A stretch of DNA of 64,000 nt from Octopus sinensis (lineage: Eukaryota). The translations under genes and the position numbers were made by a program. A model generated the notes under the pieces. The model made no database searches, was not told the origin of the DNA, and saw only the letters and a list, made by a program, of their open reading frames with translations. This document shows positions 61,206-64,000 of the stretch, piece by piece (the first letter of the stretch is position 1; each line of letters starts with the position of its first letter). The stretch covers positions 102,920,001 to 102,984,000 of the forward strand of contig NC_043002.1 of NCBI RefSeq assembly GCF_006345805.1. The letters are read 5' to 3'.

Positions 61206-63119
61206 TAATACTATGTGTGCGAGTGTGTGTCTACGTGTGTGAGTGTGTGTGTCTATGTGTGTAAGTGTCTGTATCTATGTTTGCCCTTGTGTGTTTGTGC
61301 GTGTATGCATTTATGTATGTTCACACACACAGAGCAAGAAGCAAGACAGACGGTGAAAGAAAACATAAAGGCAGAGGATTTGTGAACAGGTGCCTTTACA
61401 AACGAAAAGAGAACCGATAACATTTACACTCATAATCAACACCGTAATAACTTCATTCTAATTTGTGATAAATTCGTATAGTATTATGTATGGGAAACTT
61501 TCCTCGCACGCATTCGACATCGCCAATGAGGTTCTGTTCCATTGTATAAAATTTGTTTATGTTTAGCTATTTCAGGTAACCAAATTCCTAATTGCATGTT
61601 ATTTGCACGCTGTATCCTTCAGAGGAGAATGTGAAATATTCCTGACCTGGGTATAAGATAAATTTGAAGGCTGCATTTATTAAAGCAATAATAGTAACCT
61701 ATTCTGACTCATTGTTAATTATAATTATCTATCGTATCTAGAGATGATTGGTATCTCAGTGTTTTCGATAGCAATATAGTTATTGAATTATATTCGATGT
61801 AAGGGGTTTGTAGAATTTTCTCTTTGATATTTACGTCTCTTCGTTGTTGTGTTAATAATAGACTTTGAATACGTTTCAATTCATTAGTCGCTGCTCATCA
61901 CTCAGCAATGCACTATGAAATTGACAAATTATATTACAGAAACATGTATTAACGAGTTAATTGTACATGTTATCATGTACCAATGCATTTCCAATGATTT
62001 TGTTCTGTAGAGTAAATCGTAATCACTCTTGGATTACGACTTACTTTGATAATATGCTATTGTAAAATCCAGTCTCATCAGGATTCGTAGCCTCTCCGAA
62101 AAATCGTCATTAGAGACCATTCCCCTTGTTAATGATAATATACGTTTATTAGTTTAATTATTATAAAATTATAGAATTCTCGCTCGAAATATAAGAAAGC
62201 TACATAAACGAATGAATAGAAACTTGAAACTTTTAATGGCTTTTCTTTCCTGATCTGCGGAAACTCTGAAATGTTCCGCTTGATGCTTAGTCTCACTTTA
62301 ATCCTGCCGAAGGAAACTTGTGATCATAAGCATTCAGGCGTTGACTATCGTGTCATTAAGTAGGAGTGTCTACAAATACATTATGAAATGTGTCCTTTTT
62401 TTAAAACCGTGCGGATACTAATAAGACGAATCGAATTATACTACACATAAGTTCTAAATTTATCGAAATCATCTATCATTCGAGAGAAGTTAATCGTACT
62501 CCTTGTAGCATTTGTAACTGATTGTAAGGAAAAGAGGAGAAAAGCCCAAGAGCCAAAAAGATTGCAAAACTAGTATGTTATTAAATAAATGTAGAATTAG
62601 TTTTTCCAAAATCAAGCAAACTGTTGTTGGATGAACTATGTCTCAAAGCCATGATGACGAATAGATCTGGCCTCACACATTAACCATACAATCTCTTTCA
62701 TAAATAAACAGTCACATCATCGAAATTTTCAAGCTACGAGATAATGCATGATTAGTTTAAAACAATGTAAATAAATGTGTATTACATTTGACAATGTCAT
62801 TTGAATGCTCGTGGGTTCATATTTCAGCCAGATTGTTAGAGGCGGCAAATCATCTGCTTCGCTATAAATTACCACCATTGCGATTGCATTTGTTTTATTT
62901 CAAGAAGATTTTTATTCTCTTATGGAAGTGTTGTGTTCTACTAATCTCGCGTTCAATGTGCAATCTACACAATCTGCGTTTTATAGAAGAATAGTTTGGA
63001 GGAAAAGATAGAAATTCTTTGGAAAGAAAATTCGGCCCATGAATGTTCAATGGCTTCACGAAATCCAGTGTGTTTGTGAAAAATTCGTACTATTGCGGGG
63101 ACATGGTTTCATACAAACT

Positions 63120-63450
63120 TTGGAAACAAATCCGATTCACGGAAATTCTGTCAAGAGGACTTGTGCGACGCAAAAATATAACGACGAAGCCTTTTTGCAT
63201 ACAATCATACATTAGTATCTGGATATTCATGAATGATACATCAAGACTGGACGAGTTGTTGTTGTCAAGCGCAGGACGGAGTCGTTCATCGACTGAATCC
63301 AACATAAATATCGTTGCACAACCTTCTATTGGTGACAAAGTGGTTTTGCTTCATTGGCGATGACAAGTAAAGAGGTGGTCTGCACGACGAAACTTACTTG
63401 TACGACGAGGAACACTTTCCACTTTGGTCAACACTTTATCAATCTACTTT
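63120..63450 (+). mobile_element. Possible very old Tc1/mariner-superfamily transposase relic
   Basis: Across frameshifts: HGNSVKRT, KTGRVV..AGRSRSSTESNINIVAQ (like TGSV..RxGRPR..T.ENI), YDEEHF (like SDEAHF); weak. Confidence 0.3.
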
Positions 63451-64000
63451 TTAAAAATTTTATCTGCGAAAGAAGGAGTCAGTGACATAAGTAGCGCTAC
63501 CAACCGATGGAATTCATTAAAAGTCGGACACAGTAGAAACCATGCTACTTATATAAGGATCTACTCAGAGGATACTCTTGTAGACAAAGAATCAGAGATG
63601 ATAGTTTTCCCTTAAACTTACATTTTGGGCCGATTCAAATCTTATGACGTTTCCTTTATTTTCATAAGTTCGTCTCTCCAATGAAGGATTCCAACTTGCT
63701 AATTTTAGTTTAATTATCCCACTTACACGTTCTCTTTAGGTCCTACTATGGTTATTAGGGGCTGTTGAAATATCAGGTGTCGCAGTACGTTGTCTTTCTT
63801 CTTTTTGTCGATTGTCTCCGGTGAAATCCCACCTGTGGAAGTGTTGCCTTTCAGCCGGGCAATGAAGAGAGATTGTAGTCAAATGTGGCCTTTGATGTCA
63901 ACGACTTGACCGTTTTTCTCAAAATAGCTTACTTTCTCTGTCTGAATCACAAACCATCGATGATGACGTACTGAGATCAAATTTCAGCTATATCAAATTC

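Noticed and set aside
63043-63615. Two same-frame ORFs (106 + 63 aa) separated by one stop, as a possible gene or readthrough
   Set aside because: No recognisable domain in that frame; scattered motifs in mixed frames fit a decayed transposase better.

Overview
AT-rich, microsatellite-laden animal genomic DNA, almost entirely repeat-derived, with no confidently identifiable host protein-coding gene. It is probably intergenic or within a very large intron. The SINE families and repeat style resemble what I recall from octopus (coleoid cephalopod) genomes; this is inference, not verified. Main content: (1) a Helitron RepHel relic at the left edge; (2) an apparently full-length, decayed APE-RT LINE (CR1/L2-like, ~3.25-7.92 kb) whose ORF1 seems to join an N-terminal Myb/SANT-like helix-turn-helix to four CCCH-type zinc fingers; (3) several tRNA-derived SINE families, one sharing its 3' tail architecture with that LINE; (4) a head-to-tail stack of four R4/Dong-like RLE LINE 3' ends in (AAT)n/(GAT)n tracts at 20.2-25.7 kb, plus further RLE fragments; (5) a near-complete Penelope-like element (38.9-43.5 kb) with a 1.35-kb inverted 3' arm, whose pLTRs carry a minimal hammerhead ribozyme with a U3-A8 covariant core, plus other decayed PLE/hammerhead relics; (6) a mariner relic, a 614-bp foldback element, a 62-bp-TIR MITE and a non-autonomous Helitron. 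Outside the transposons, the best candidates are a 37-aa single-TM sORF with adjacent splice signals (26.3 kb) and a duplicated block containing a possible 6-nt microexon (59.0 and 61.1 kb). All domain calls come from manual translation and motif recognition; no database searches were run.
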